Shown here: one piece after another, positions 1 through 11,649 of the stretch
How the letters are laid out: every line of letters starts with the position of its first letter
Numbering within the stretch: the stretch's first letter is position 1
Source of the DNA: Octopus sinensis
Taxonomy: Eukaryota
DNA length: 64,000 nt
Reading direction: 5' to 3'
NCBI RefSeq assembly: GCF_006345805.1
Contig: NC_042998.1
Coordinates: 17,980,001 to 18,044,000, forward strand
Notes under the pieces: model-generated
What the model saw: the letters and a program-made list of their open reading frames with translations, nothing else
What the model was told of the DNA's origin: nothing
Database searches by the model: none
Made by a program: the position numbers and the translations under genes

Positions 1-2
1 GT

Positions 3-68
3 ATAGAAGTCGTTGACTGGTTGAAAGCCATTAAGAATAAGAATAAAGCGAGATTTACGCAATTCGCT
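3..68 (+). mobile_element. Penelope-like element RT fragment
   Basis: Translates IEVVDWLKAIKNKNKARFTQF, resembling the PLE RT segment just before the FDI..FYPS motif; truncated and joined to a pLTR-like tail. Confidence 0.6.
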
Positions 69-69
69 T

Positions 70-165
70 TATTATATTTACAGATAAATTCCTCTATTTA
101 TATAATATCGAGGTTTCTTTCATTCTTTTGTTGTCTTGCCATTTCTATCAATATATATATATATG
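70..165 (+). repeat. PLE-associated terminal repeat tail
   Basis: tacagataaattcctctattt..aatatcgagg..cttttgttgtctt.ccattt.tatcaatata is near-identical to 55333-55410. Confidence 0.75.
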
Positions 166-285
166 TTAATAAAAGGAATTCCAACCTTGTCTGATTTTCA
201 CGTTTTATTTACAATCTTATAATGATATAATATAATATAATATAATATAATAAAATAAAATAGAATGTTAAATGTTCATTCTGAT

Positions 286-330
286 TGAACTAGTACTTTC
301 ATGCATTAAATTCTGCAATCTTCAGGTTCA
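286..330 (-). ncRNA. Minimal type I hammerhead ribozyme
   Basis: Minus strand: TGAAC-CTGAAGA-TTGCA gaatttaa TGCAT-GAA-AGTACT-A-GTTCA; 5-bp stem I, palindromic stem III. Confidence 0.75.
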
Positions 331-489
331 TGTAGTAGTGGTGACAGTCATGCTTCACAATTTGTGACTGCATATATATATATACATACATATACAAGTA
401 AAAGACTAAAAGAATGCAACAGGCTTCTTCCAGTTTACGTCGACCAAATCTATATACAATATATATATATATATATACATACCACTTTG

Positions 490-685
490 TGATTGTCCCA
501 ACCACCGCTTGATAACTGGTGTTGATGTTTATGTCTCTGTAACCTAGTGGTTCGATAAAAGAGACCGATAGAATATGTATCAAGCTAAAAATGTGTGCCT
601 GGGGTCGTTTTGTTCGATTTGAACCCGTCAAAGTGGAGCCCCAGCATGCCAGCAGTCAAATGACTGAAAAATGTAAAAACAAAAG
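490..685 (+). mobile_element. SINE family A, degenerate 3' part
   Basis: Matches 3' half of the copies at 19974, 42230, 62264 (aaaagagaccgatagaata...cagtcaaatgactgaaa). Confidence 0.7.
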
Positions 686-1712
686 ATTACATCACTGAAT
701 TCCTAGCCACAAAAACGAATTTCATTCGTTCCCAAATCTGTAAGATTGGTTATGAAAAGGCAATTTTATAATTCTTTGAAAAAATATTTTCTAGAAATTA
801 GTTCCTGGTTTTCTACATAAATTTTATAATCTTGTGTTGTATTAGAAACTTTGTAATCATTAGCCATTCCTAGTTAACTAAGTTACACCAGACCCTTTAT
901 ATTTCTCTTTATTATATTCAGTCGCAAATGTACTTCCCTACCTCAAGTACCTATCAAATGATCAACTCACTAATTCACTACTGGAATGGTCAATAATTAC
1001 TGAAATAATTTAACCCATGTCAAATTCTGTGATAATTAATTTAGCATTTACGTGTTGTTCTGTACATAACGCTAGCCTAATTTCCTGTGTTGTGCAATTA
1101 AGCATTTTCAAAAAAATTAATTAGTTCATGCCGTGTTTTGTCTGATTCATTTCTTTGTAAATTGTTTTTTTTTTTACAAATGATATTCTATTTGTTTTTA
1201 TTTCTAAATGTTTGGCTCTCTCAAAGTATTTTTTAAAAATGTTTTCTCGTCTTAAGATGTGCTTGGTGCACTTTTAACGTCAGATGTTTATGCACACGTC
1301 TTTATTGAATCCATAGACTTCTTTTGAATAAGATTTCTAATTGGTTTCTATCTCTTAAATATAATTTTCTATCTCACATATACACAAGAGAATTTATTAG
1401 TTTTCTGTTGCAGATGTATTTGTAAACAAAGCACTTCACTAATTCATTAGCAAGTTCGGTGCTAATCAAAACAAGAGATATAACAATACGTATACAGCAG
1501 CAATTAGTTTCATAGTGAGAATCGTAACAGACTTTGGTAACGTTAGTATTATTTTGCAGCTTTCCGTAGTACATCTGACATAACTATTTATTATAGCAGT
1601 AACATCTAATATCTTAAGCTGCTTTGAGTAAGCAGTTTAAGTGTTCTTGTTTTATTATTCTACTTTTTAACACAGATTTAATTAACTCTCATAATATTAC
1701 TAATTTTTCCTT

Positions 1713-2330
1713 AAGGCGACGAGGTAGCAGAATTGTGAGAACGCCGGGCGAAATGCTTAGTGATATTTCGTCTGTCGAAGGCGGCGAAGCTGGCAGAAAC
1801 GTTAGCACGCCGGGCGAAATGAGTAGCCGTATTTCGTCTGCCGTTTGTTCTGAGTTCAAATTCCGCCGAGGTCGACTTTGCCTTTCATCCTTTCGGGGTC
1901 GACAAATTAAATACCAGTTACGCACTGGATTCGGTGTTATCGACTTAATCCGTTTGTCTGTCCTTGTTTGTCCTCTCTGTGTTTAGCCCCTTGTGGGTAG
2001 TAAAGAAATAGATATTTCGTATGCCACTACGTTCTGAGTTCAAATTCCGCCGAGATCGACTTTGCCTTTCATCCTTTCTGGATCGATAAATTAAGTACCA
2101 GTAACGCACTGGGGTCGATGTAATCGACTTAATCCGTTTGTCTGTCCTTGTTTGTCCCCTCTATGTCTAGCCCTCTTGTGGGCAATAAAAAAATAAGAAT
2201 TGTGAGAACGCTGCGCAGCATTTCGTCCGGCTTAAGTTCAAATGATATGAGTTCAAATGAGTACCAGTTGAGCACTGGGATAGATCTAATCGACTTCCTC
2301 GTCCTCTAGAAAACTGTTGGTCCTGTGCCA
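1713..2330 (+). mobile_element. SINE family B cluster (tRNA head, Meta-like central domain): duplicated head plus two tandem units and an older relic
   Basis: A/B-box-like ggcgagctggcagaa / gagttcaaattcc; central gactttgcctttcatcctttcggggtcgataaattaagtaccag resembles the MetaSINE domain as I recall it. Confidence 0.85.
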
Positions 2331-3021
2331 AAAACTGAAAACATAACGTTACCAATTTTTCCAAACATGCTCGTTTACAATGTTGAATCTATCGTTCATG
2401 CTGTAGGTTATTTAATCGATAGTTCTTTGAGGAGATGATTTCTAAATTTCCATCTTAAAAAAAAAATTGTGTTGTCTTCTTACAACATGCTTGATAATAT
2501 TAGTGGTTGCTTCAGTGTGCTACAGAAATCATATGCTACTAAAATGCAAGAGCTTTTGGTATACCCTGTACTATAGGGATTTTCCTCATTCTAATATAAT
2601 TTTTCTATTATTTTGTTTTCTTAAAAGACAAAATAAAAATTATTGTAATGTTTTCCTTCCTTTATAATATGTCGAGTAGTCATTCCCCACGGGACATCTG
2701 ATTGTTTTTGTTTAGTCTACTTAGTGAAATCTTTCTAAGTATGTTTGTTTTATATATAATATTCGACAAAATAATCTTGAGAATTATTCGCAATATCTCA
2801 CGATATTTAAAATATACATTCACTTTTTTATATACTAATGATGTAAAGCTTTCAGTCTTACCATAAAGTTCTTTTCTTAATCCCATTAATATTTCTGTGA
2901 ATCATTGTCAATATTTGACCTCTAGCATGACTGTTAAACATTAAGTCTGCCGATGTTTACACTAACTACAAAAATCGCCCTCTCTTGGAGAATATATGGT
3001 GTGATTAAAGAAACTATTTGG

Positions 3022-3804
3022 TGCTGAAGGTAGCGAGGTGGCAGAATCGTTATCACGCCGGGCGAAATGCTTAGCGGTATTACGTCCGTCGTTACGTTCT
3101 GAGTTCAAATTCCGCCGGGGTCGACTTTGCCTTTCATCCTCTCGGGGTCGATAAATAAAGTACCAGTTACGCACTGGGGTCGATGTAATCGACTTAATAC
3201 CTATGTCTGTCCTTGTTTGTCCCCTCTGTGTTTAGCCCCTTGTGGGTAATAAAGAAATAGGTATTACGTCTGCCGTTACGTTCTGAGTTCAAATTCCGCC
3301 GAGGTCGCCTTTGCCTTTCATCCTTTCGGGGTCGATAAATTAAGTACCAGTTACGCACTGGGGTCGATATAATCGACTTAATCCGTTTGTCTATCCTCAT
3401 TTGTCCTCTCTGTGCTTAGCCCCTTGTGGGTAGTAAAGAAATAGGTATTTCGTTCTGAGTTCAAATTCCGCCGAGGTCGATTTTGCCTTTCATCCTTTCG
3501 GTGTCGATAAATTAAGTACCAGTTATGCACTGGGGTCGATGTAATTGACTTAATCCGTTTGTCTGTCCTTGTTTGTCCTCTCTGTGTTTAGCCACTTGTC
3601 GGTAGTAAAGAAATAGATATTTCATCTGCCGTTACTTTGTGAGTTCAAATTCCGCCGAGGTCGACTTTACCTTTCATCCTTTCGGGGTCGATAAATTAAG
3701 TACCAATTACGCACTGGGGTCGATATAATCGACTTAATACCTATGTCTGTCCTTGTTTGTCCCCTGTATGTTTAGCCCCCTGTGGGTAATAAAGAAATAG
3801 ATAT
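3022..3804 (+). mobile_element. SINE family B four-unit head-to-tail concatemer
   Basis: One headed unit plus headless units restarting at about 3261, 3445, 3617. Confidence 0.9.
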
Positions 3805-4637
3805 GTAAAAGCGTATGCAGTAAAAAGTACAAATTTTGGTAAATATATGGTATTATTAAAGAAACTATTTGGTGCATTTAAAGTGCCTTTTGGGTTAACT
3901 TGATTAGTATATTAGTTACATCATGGAGAATTAACAAAACAGAACAAAATATAATAATCAGGATACGTCGACGCGGTGGCATCTAAGCAGGAATGATTTC
4001 TAGAGAGCTGATTTATGACACTGTTTAACTTGTAGGGGAAATCTATACAGAAATATAGATTTCCATTTTTCTTTTGAAGTTATATTGCTGTAATAATTTA
4101 ATTTGTTTTCCTCATACTAATATTTGAAGTTTCTCTTTTTTCTGTTAGGAATATTTGTTGCTTGTTTTCATTATATCTATTTTATTTTAGAAAACACGCT
4201 CTTCTTCTTCACTATTGCTGTAATGTACGCCGCCCCTGGGTGACTTCTAGACAGCGTGTCATTATTGTTTAATTTAATCTTGCGCATAACGGCGTCAATC
4301 AGTCAAGCTTGCACTCATCCACTATGTTCCCATTTGTTAAGCGTAGTTTAGGACGGGTTTTCCTCTATGCTAAACCTCAAATAATTGTTAAAATTCCTTG
4401 CAGAGGTTCGTTTGTCAATATGCACGAATGAACTATATAAGCAAAATCTTTACATTTTAGTTTACATTTTGCGAGTGCAAAAATACATTTAAACAACTTT
4501 TCAGTAAGATCGATTTTCTATCATCAGATTTCTTATTGTGGTGTATCTACATAACACTTAAAAACATATTTCGTTTAGAAACAGCAATGTATAGATTGAT
4601 ATTAACATGTAGTAATCATGATAGATAGATACATACG

Positions 4638-4719
<82 letters not shown>

Positions 4720-4720
4720 G
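4638..4720. repeat. (TATC)n/(TGTC)n microsatellite
   Basis: Direct reading. Confidence 0.95.
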
Positions 4721-4948
4721 CTAGCTTGCAAACAGCTTGTCTATCTACAATTTCGTTTGTCTCTTTACTTCTAACTTTAAACACCTGCTAATTCACTTAG
4801 GTTTTTCCGTCCTTCCGAAGACAATAAAACAAGTACCAATTAAGTACTGTGGTTAGTGATGCTCCCTCACTACTTTAGCTCATGGCCAGAGATTAGGACA
4901 ACAAGACGAGGACAAATATCCGTCAAATGTAAATATGTAAATAATGTA

Positions 4949-5480
4949 AGGTGACACTTGTTTAGTGGTCATGCTTCAAGAACCCTGCATAGAATTCTTG
5001 CAGTTCCAAGCAATGCTGATTTTTCTAGGTGTTCTACCGTCACACTTGCCCCGATATTTTTCAACCATGCCGGAAGCTGAGTGCTGATGCTTTCAAGTGC
5101 ACCAATTACTATTGGTATCACATCTACTCTCTTCATTGACCGTAACCTTCAAATCTTCCCCACTTCAAATCTTCCTAGTTGTTTAATTTTTCTTCTTTCA
5201 CATTGACCTTGTTGACCCCGGGGCATGCTATGTCGATTATCATACATGTTCTTTTCTTTTTTATTCACCTTCACAATGTCCGGTTTCCGATGTCTGCTCG
5301 GGTGATCACACTGGAACATTGCATCCCACAGAATGTTGCCACTCTCATTTTTGGCGCCTCCTGCGTTTGCTCATACCACGTGTTTGCTCTTTGTAGGCCC
5401 TGGTTTCCACAGAGCTCCCAATGGATCATTCTTGTCACATTGTCACCGCATCGTTTGTACCCGCGTTGTGTCAAGCTAGA
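4949..5480 (-). mobile_element. R4/Dong-clade non-LTR retrotransposon 3' fragment (REL endonuclease), frameshifted
   Basis: Across frameshifts: YKR..DNVTRMIHWELC..GLQRANTWYE, HRKPDIV, CMIIDIACP, VIPIVIGAL, SALLGTARIL; stop near 4970. Confidence 0.85.
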
Positions 5481-5850
5481 ATTTTCTTCTGGTCGATTAA
5501 CCCCATCCCGATCAAAAGGTCCCTGAATAAGGGTTGTTTAAGGATCTTGAACGAAACACCCATGTTTACGGAGGTGAATTATTCACATCCTAAATAATCC
5601 CTCTCAGCACATGGCTATGATGCTCCCCTACTACTTTAGCTCATGATGACAGATGCACATATCGTCAACCACCAAGAGACACGCTAACTGGTTAAAGTCA
5701 AACAATCGACAAGCAAATTCGTGGTATTGGGCAGAATATTAGCTTTAGCCCATCTTTTACACCAAAAAAAGTCAATGTACATGATAGCACTTCCAATCAG
5801 TTAAGATCAGAAGTCAGGATAGCCAATGCCTTGTACTGCATCACGGCAAT
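5478..5850 (-). mobile_element. Repeat X 5' part, fused to the R4 fragment
   Basis: About 300 bp similar to 60180-60480; flanked by (AAC/AAT)n. Confidence 0.8.
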
Positions 5851-5863
5851 TATTGTTATTGTT

Positions 5864-5895
<32 letters not shown>

Positions 5896-6405
5896 GCTGC
5901 TGCTGTTGCTGATAGACGAGACTTTACAATAATTTGAAGCAATACAAAATGAATATTTTATTAGTTTGACGTGATTATCAAGGACGAGTATATAAACTTA
6001 TGGACGTCTGTCCTCGATCTATGGGAACAGAAATAAAAAAGCTTATCCTTACAGTCTTCATATTTGGTACTTGTTCAAACTGTGGCAATTTCCACCCCCA
6101 AAAGCCTACTTCCATCAACAACAACATATTCGGTTGACAATAGAAATGAAAAGAAAAGACAAAAACGCAAATACACCACAAAAAAAAAGAAACTAATGAA
6201 CATTTGAATGCGCATTCAGTAACAGAATTGTGTTGAAGTGATTAAATATTTTAAACTTTCGGGTTAAGAACGACAACAACAATTGTATTTAGACTTCAGC
6301 TTGTATATCACTTTATGATGAAAATTTACATTTTCTGTTTTTCATACTACATCCAATGATGTACGTGGGATTGCAATTATCCTCCAGTGAGGAACAGAAT
6401 TATAT

Positions 6406-6631
6406 ATTTCTTTATTGCCAACAAGGGGCTAAACACAGAGGGGACAAACAAGGACAGACAAAGGGATTAAGTCGATTCCATCGACCCCAGTGCGTAACTG
6501 GTACTTAATTTATCGACTCCGAAAGGATGAAAGGCAAAGTCAACCTCGGCGGAATTTGAACTCAGAACGTAACGGCAGACGAAATACGGCTACGAATTTC
6601 GCCCACCGTGCTAAAGTTTCTGCCAGCTCGC
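6406..6631 (-). mobile_element. SINE family B
   Basis: Reverse complement of the family B consensus. Confidence 0.9.
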
Positions 6632-6794
6632 ATGGAATTATAGTGATTCTTTTTTTTTATCAATCCAGGCCATTGCCAAGTTCTTATCAAACCATAATTC
6701 GGTATCGATTTGTCTGCTGGCAGTTAAACACTAGTCCATATGACCTTTTCTCGTCAAATGTTTTCTACCACTGCCATTAATTCTTTCTCGTCTC

Positions 6795-7415
6795 AGCTAT
6801 GGAGGCAGCGTATTCTCACAATAATCAGAAACCATATTTGGTTTCTGATTATAAATATCTTGGGTCATACATATCATCATCTGGAAAAGACTTTCTAAGT
6901 AGAAAGGGTATGGCCTGGTCAGCCTGTAATGACATGCATAAGATCTGGTCATCAAATCTAAGTAGAGACTTCAAACTTGAAATCTTCAAAGCCACAGTCG
7001 AACCAATTCTACTATATGGCTCAGAAACCTGGACGTTATCAAAGAAGCTTGAGAGGCGGTTGGATGGAACCTACACTCGCCTCCTTATGAGAGCTCAAAA
7101 TCTCTCGTGGAAGCGCCATCCAACCAAAATGCAAATATATGGGAAACTACCACCTGTGTCATCTCTTGTGAAAGGTAGGAGAGTCCAGTTTGCTGGACAT
7201 TGTAGAGCTGAAAAAGAGGTAATTTCTACTCTTCTCCTCTGGAAGCCATCTACTCGCAATACCAGAGGGCGCACACTCTCCTACCCTGATGTAATCTCCA
7301 GGGATACAGGCATCCAGCAACAGGACCTCTGTAATGCTATGATGGACCGTGAAGTCTGGCGTAGCATGGTAAATTCCATTGTCTCGACCACGGTCGAACA
7401 ATGATGATGATGATT
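6795..7415 (+). mobile_element. RTE-clade LINE 3' fragment
   Basis: ORF with YKYLGS, LLYGSETWTL, FAGHC, DREVWR; ends in (TGA)n tail. Confidence 0.9.
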
Positions 7416-7479
7416 CTCACAATTTCTTATTCAGTTTGCAAATATTAATTTCAATTCTTTTTTTCTTTTTCACAAGGCT

Positions 7480-7640
7480 AGCAGATTTGGAGGGAGCAAG
7501 TTGATTACATCAGCCATAGTATTCAAATAGTACTTATTTCTCAACCCTGAAAGGGCTGAAAAGCAAAATCGACACTGACAGCATTTGAACTCAGAATGTA
7601 AAGATGGAAGAAATTCCGTTAAGCATTTTGCCAGGTTTAG
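7480..7640 (-). mobile_element. Diverged family B-like SINE
   Basis: ccctgaaagg..aaaagcaaaatcgac..atttgaactcagaa similar to family B. Confidence 0.65.
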
Positions 7641-7759
7641 TATTGGGAAATTTTCTGTCATAATTTTCCCACCACGCTTGTAACTTTCAATTTTCCTGCT
7701 TATTGATTTTTGCTTCATCTCTAATTATCTTTCATTATTCAAGTTTAGCACTAAGAATC

Positions 7760-8940
7760 TTTTGTTTGACTTAAATTTCTAACTAGAAATTCGTACGTTT
7801 TTCTGCAAGTCGTATGATTTTATTTGCGTACATTCCCATTCTCGTCTTCATGTATCAGTTTCTGATCCACACTAAAAATGTACATTTATTTTATATAGGC
7901 TTACTCTATGCAACTGTCTTCTGCTCTCTGATGTTTTTATCAAAATCATCTGTTTCTACCTTTCCGGTGCAATTGTTACACAGTTCTTATATGAAATTTT
8001 CTTTCTAAATCAGCATATTTCCCTTGAGATTTCACCTGATATATGGTTTGTTTTCCAATAAATTTGCATCAGATCTCGATAATTTTATTTTCTCTTTGTG
8101 TTCTCTTCTATCAGGATTTTCACTCCACAATTCCACTTTTGATGTTTTACAAGCGTAAATAATGTTTCTCACAGATGTATTAGCTGCTTTTATCAGTTGT
8201 TGAATTCAGATTTAATACTTGTTTTCATAAGGTTGAGCGATTCGATTTCTTTCTTTCTCTATCTCTTCCAGTTTAGTTCTATCAATATCCTTAAATGCTT
8301 TTCTGGCACCAAACGCTTTCTTTTCTATACTATAGAGAAATTTTCTTTACAGCCTTTTTCTCTGTCGACTAATCTATTGGATACCTTTACAACGTACATT
8401 GTTCCAGTTGCACCTCCATATGTGACTTTAATTGGATAATGTTCAGGTAAATGAACATTATGCAATTTTTGTTTCCTTCAACTCCGTCTTGTACATCATC
8501 TATATCTCTCTGTGGAACTCTTAACCTAATTATGTCAAATTCCAACGCAGTAAGTCAACTACTTCTCCATATATGGTCAGAAACCCTTTGATCGGTAGGA
8601 CTGAGAAACGTTTCCTTTGCTACACTAACATTCCATAGTCCATAAACTCTTGCTCACACAATGCTGTCCATTTACTGTCCAATGCTTTCATAATAACATT
8701 ATAAATATATTTAATTGCCCACTTCCCAGTTGTCTCAACGGCTAACTCTCCGTTACAGGGTAACGATTGCTCCATCCTGCAATAAAAACTGGAAATCTAC
8801 TCTCCAAGACACCCTTCTTTACAATTACGATTTCAGTCAGTGTGCTACTTATAAATTACGACATTTTATTTTCTTCACGTCCACTTCGATCAACTCTGTA
8901 TTTTTAGGAATCAGGCCAGCCAAAGTCTGGTGAGCGGATT
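7760..8940 (-). mobile_element. Highly decayed LINE (RTE-like endonuclease/linker region)
   Basis: Purine-rich minus strand with stop-ridden similarity (ETFLS..SDH, DENGN-like); weak. Confidence 0.35.
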
Positions 8941-8975
8941 TGTTATACGGAAAATGAAAGAAGGCTTTTGTATAC

Positions 8976-9006
<31 letters not shown>

Positions 9007-9035
9007 TGTATGTATGTATGTATGTATGTATGTAT

Positions 9036-10415
9036 GACCTTTGTTGACCTCACCAAGGCTTTTGATACAGTCAGTCGGGAGGGACTATGGAAGGTCATGG
9101 GAAAATTTGGTTGCCCCAGCAAATTTATTGCAATTGTCCGCCAGTTCCACGTCGGAATGACAGCCAGAGTCCTTGAAGACGGCAGCTCATCTGAAGCCTT
9201 CCAGGTGACCAACGGAGTCAGGCAGGGCTGTGTCCTGGCCCCAACACTGTTCAGCATCATGTTCTCGGCAATGCTGTCCGACGCCTTTAGGGACTGCAAG
9301 TCCGGTATCGACATCAAGTACAGGACAGACGGGAAACTTTTCAACTCCAGAAGATTGCAGGCTGTCACAAAGGTGAGGGAGACAGTCGTCAGAGACTTTC
9401 TCTTTGCTGACGACTGCGCCCTTAATGCAATCGATGAGCAGAAGATGCAGCTCGAGATGGACAGGTTCTCATCAGCCTGTGACAACTTCGGTCTCACCAT
9501 CAGTGCCAAGAAAACCGAAGTGATGTTTCAGCCAGCTCCCGGCAAACAATACCATGAGCCTCAGATAAGGGTGAACGGACGGATCCTACGAGTGGTGGAA
9601 ACTTCACCTACCTGGGCAGCACTCTCTCCTGCAATGCCAACATAGATGCTGAAACCATCAACAGAATCTCCAAGGCAAGCAGCGCGTTTGGGAGACTGCG
9701 AAAGAAAGTCTGGGAGCGGAGAGGAATCAGCCTCAACACCAAGCTGAAAGTCTACCGGGCAGTCGTGCTTACCACCCTACTATACGGCTGCGAGACGTGG
9801 ACTGCTTACCGAAGGCACGAGCGCCAGATAACCACTTCCATCTCAGGTGTCTTCGGAACCTCCTTCACATCCGCTGGCAGGACAAAGTCCCAGACACGGA
9901 AGTTCTGAAGCAGGCAGATCTCCCTAGCACCATCACAATCATGCGCAAGGCCCAGCTGAGATGGGCGGGCCACGTCTCCCGCATGTCCGACACTCGCATC
10001 CCAAAACGGCTCTTCTACGGTGAACTCGGCCAGGGCAGGCGCAAAGTCGGAGGGCAGAAGAAGCGCTACAAGGACAGTCTCAAAGTCTCTCTCAAAAACT
10101 TCTCCATCGGAACAGAGACCTGGGAGACATTTGCTGCCAACCGCTCATCCTGGCGCAGCGCAATCACCGTGGGAGCAGGGACAGCCGAGGAGGGACGGAT
10201 TCGGTCAGCGGAGCAGAAACGTCAGATGCGTAAAGCCAGAGCCGCCTGCACCAGTAGCACGGCCCCTACCCACTTCTGCCCCACCTGTGGGAGGGGCTTC
10301 CTTGCCCGGATTGGCCTCACCAGCCACCTCCGGTCTCATGGCGCCAGTTCCATCAGATGATGTCAGTTGGTCATCTTCGAACCGAAGGACGAACATTATT
10401 ATTATTATTATCATT
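9036..10415 (+). mobile_element. RTE (BovB-like) LINE, 5'-truncated, frameshifted RT plus C-terminal zinc knuckle
   Basis: FVDLTKAFD, GVRQGCVLAP, FADD, LRWAGHV, CPTCGRGF..GLTSHLRSH; (ATT)n tail; embedded in (GTAT)n. Confidence 0.95.
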
Positions 10416-10565
10416 ATGTATGTATGTATGTATGTATGTATGTATGTATGTATGTATGTGTGTATGTGTGTGTGTTTATGAGTGTGTCTCTACGTCTCCC
10501 ACTACGACTTGACAACCAGTGTTGGTGCGTTTAGCAAAAGAAACCGATAAATAAGTACCAAACTT

Positions 10566-10602
<37 letters not shown>

Positions 10603-11649
10603 GGTTATTGTTATTATTATTGTTGTTGTTATCAAAACCCTCATTAAGGCAGCTAGCTGACAGAAAGGTTAGACCATAAGAGAAACTGATTAACGGATTA
10701 ACGACACATCTTCTGCCCTTCAACATTGCCTGTTCAGATTTCGCTGGGGTCAACTTCCTATTTTCTATTTTGGGGTTCGATGAAATAAGTACTATTCGTG
10801 CACTGGCATCGATGAAATCAATTTACACTTTTTTTCTAAAGTTGCTGCTATAATGCCAAAAGTAGAATCCATTACTCTTGTGTAGAAACATGTGAAATTC
10901 AGCTGCATTACCAAGTACAATGCTTTTATTTGAGGAATGTGCTTTGTTGTTCTTTAAAACCTATTATCAATTTCATTTTGTTGTGATTTTTGATTCATTG
11001 TTTCTGATATGTTAAAAATGTTCTGATATTTTATTGGCGTGTAGAAAATGCGCAAGACAGCTTGTGCGATTTGTAGTGTCTGTTACATAAACGTAATATT
11101 TGTGTTATTTAATATGTTGTGATTGTATAGTGTATCCGATGGTTTAGCTGTGTAATGAGTATGCAATATTTGTGTCTTGAAATTAAATGTACAAAGCTGG
11201 ACACTTTATTGTGAAAATAGTGTGTTTTGCGGTAGTTTGGGTATATCATTTTCTTTATTGTATTTAAAGATCCTAAACTGTAGATAAAAATTAAAATTTT
11301 TCACCTCTGACCACAATAGTGTTCTATATCACTAATTTAGTTTTGAGATCAGATAAGAAAATTGCCCAGGCATATTCAGGTTTTATGTAAACAAAGACTA
11401 ACTCATTGTCCTCTTTTAACGCGACTTCCGTTGAATAAGGAGTGTGTATTATGTTTCTATGTCATGTTTTATGTTAGCCATGCTGAAATAATGTTACAAG
11501 GTTTGTCCTTCTTTTCTCTTATCTTAGGGAAGTCAGTGGAGTGTCATGTTCAGGGTTACTACTCATACGCCCATTCATCCATCAAACGAGCTTAATATTA
11601 GTTTTTACTTATTTCGTTAGAAAATACTTTCGCTGTTGCAACAGAAGTC

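Noticed and set aside
1200-1620. Possible decayed transposase (P/THAP-like) on minus
   Set aside because: No diagnostic motif recoverable by eye
3022-3804. CRISPR-like regular repeat array
   Set aside because: Units are contiguous SINE copies with no unique spacers; eukaryotic context and no cas genes
5600-5830. Resemblance of repeat X to U1/U2 snRNA fragments (tgatcacga, gtagtggggga, atcagttaagatc)
   Set aside because: Only short, non-collinear matches; compatible with chance
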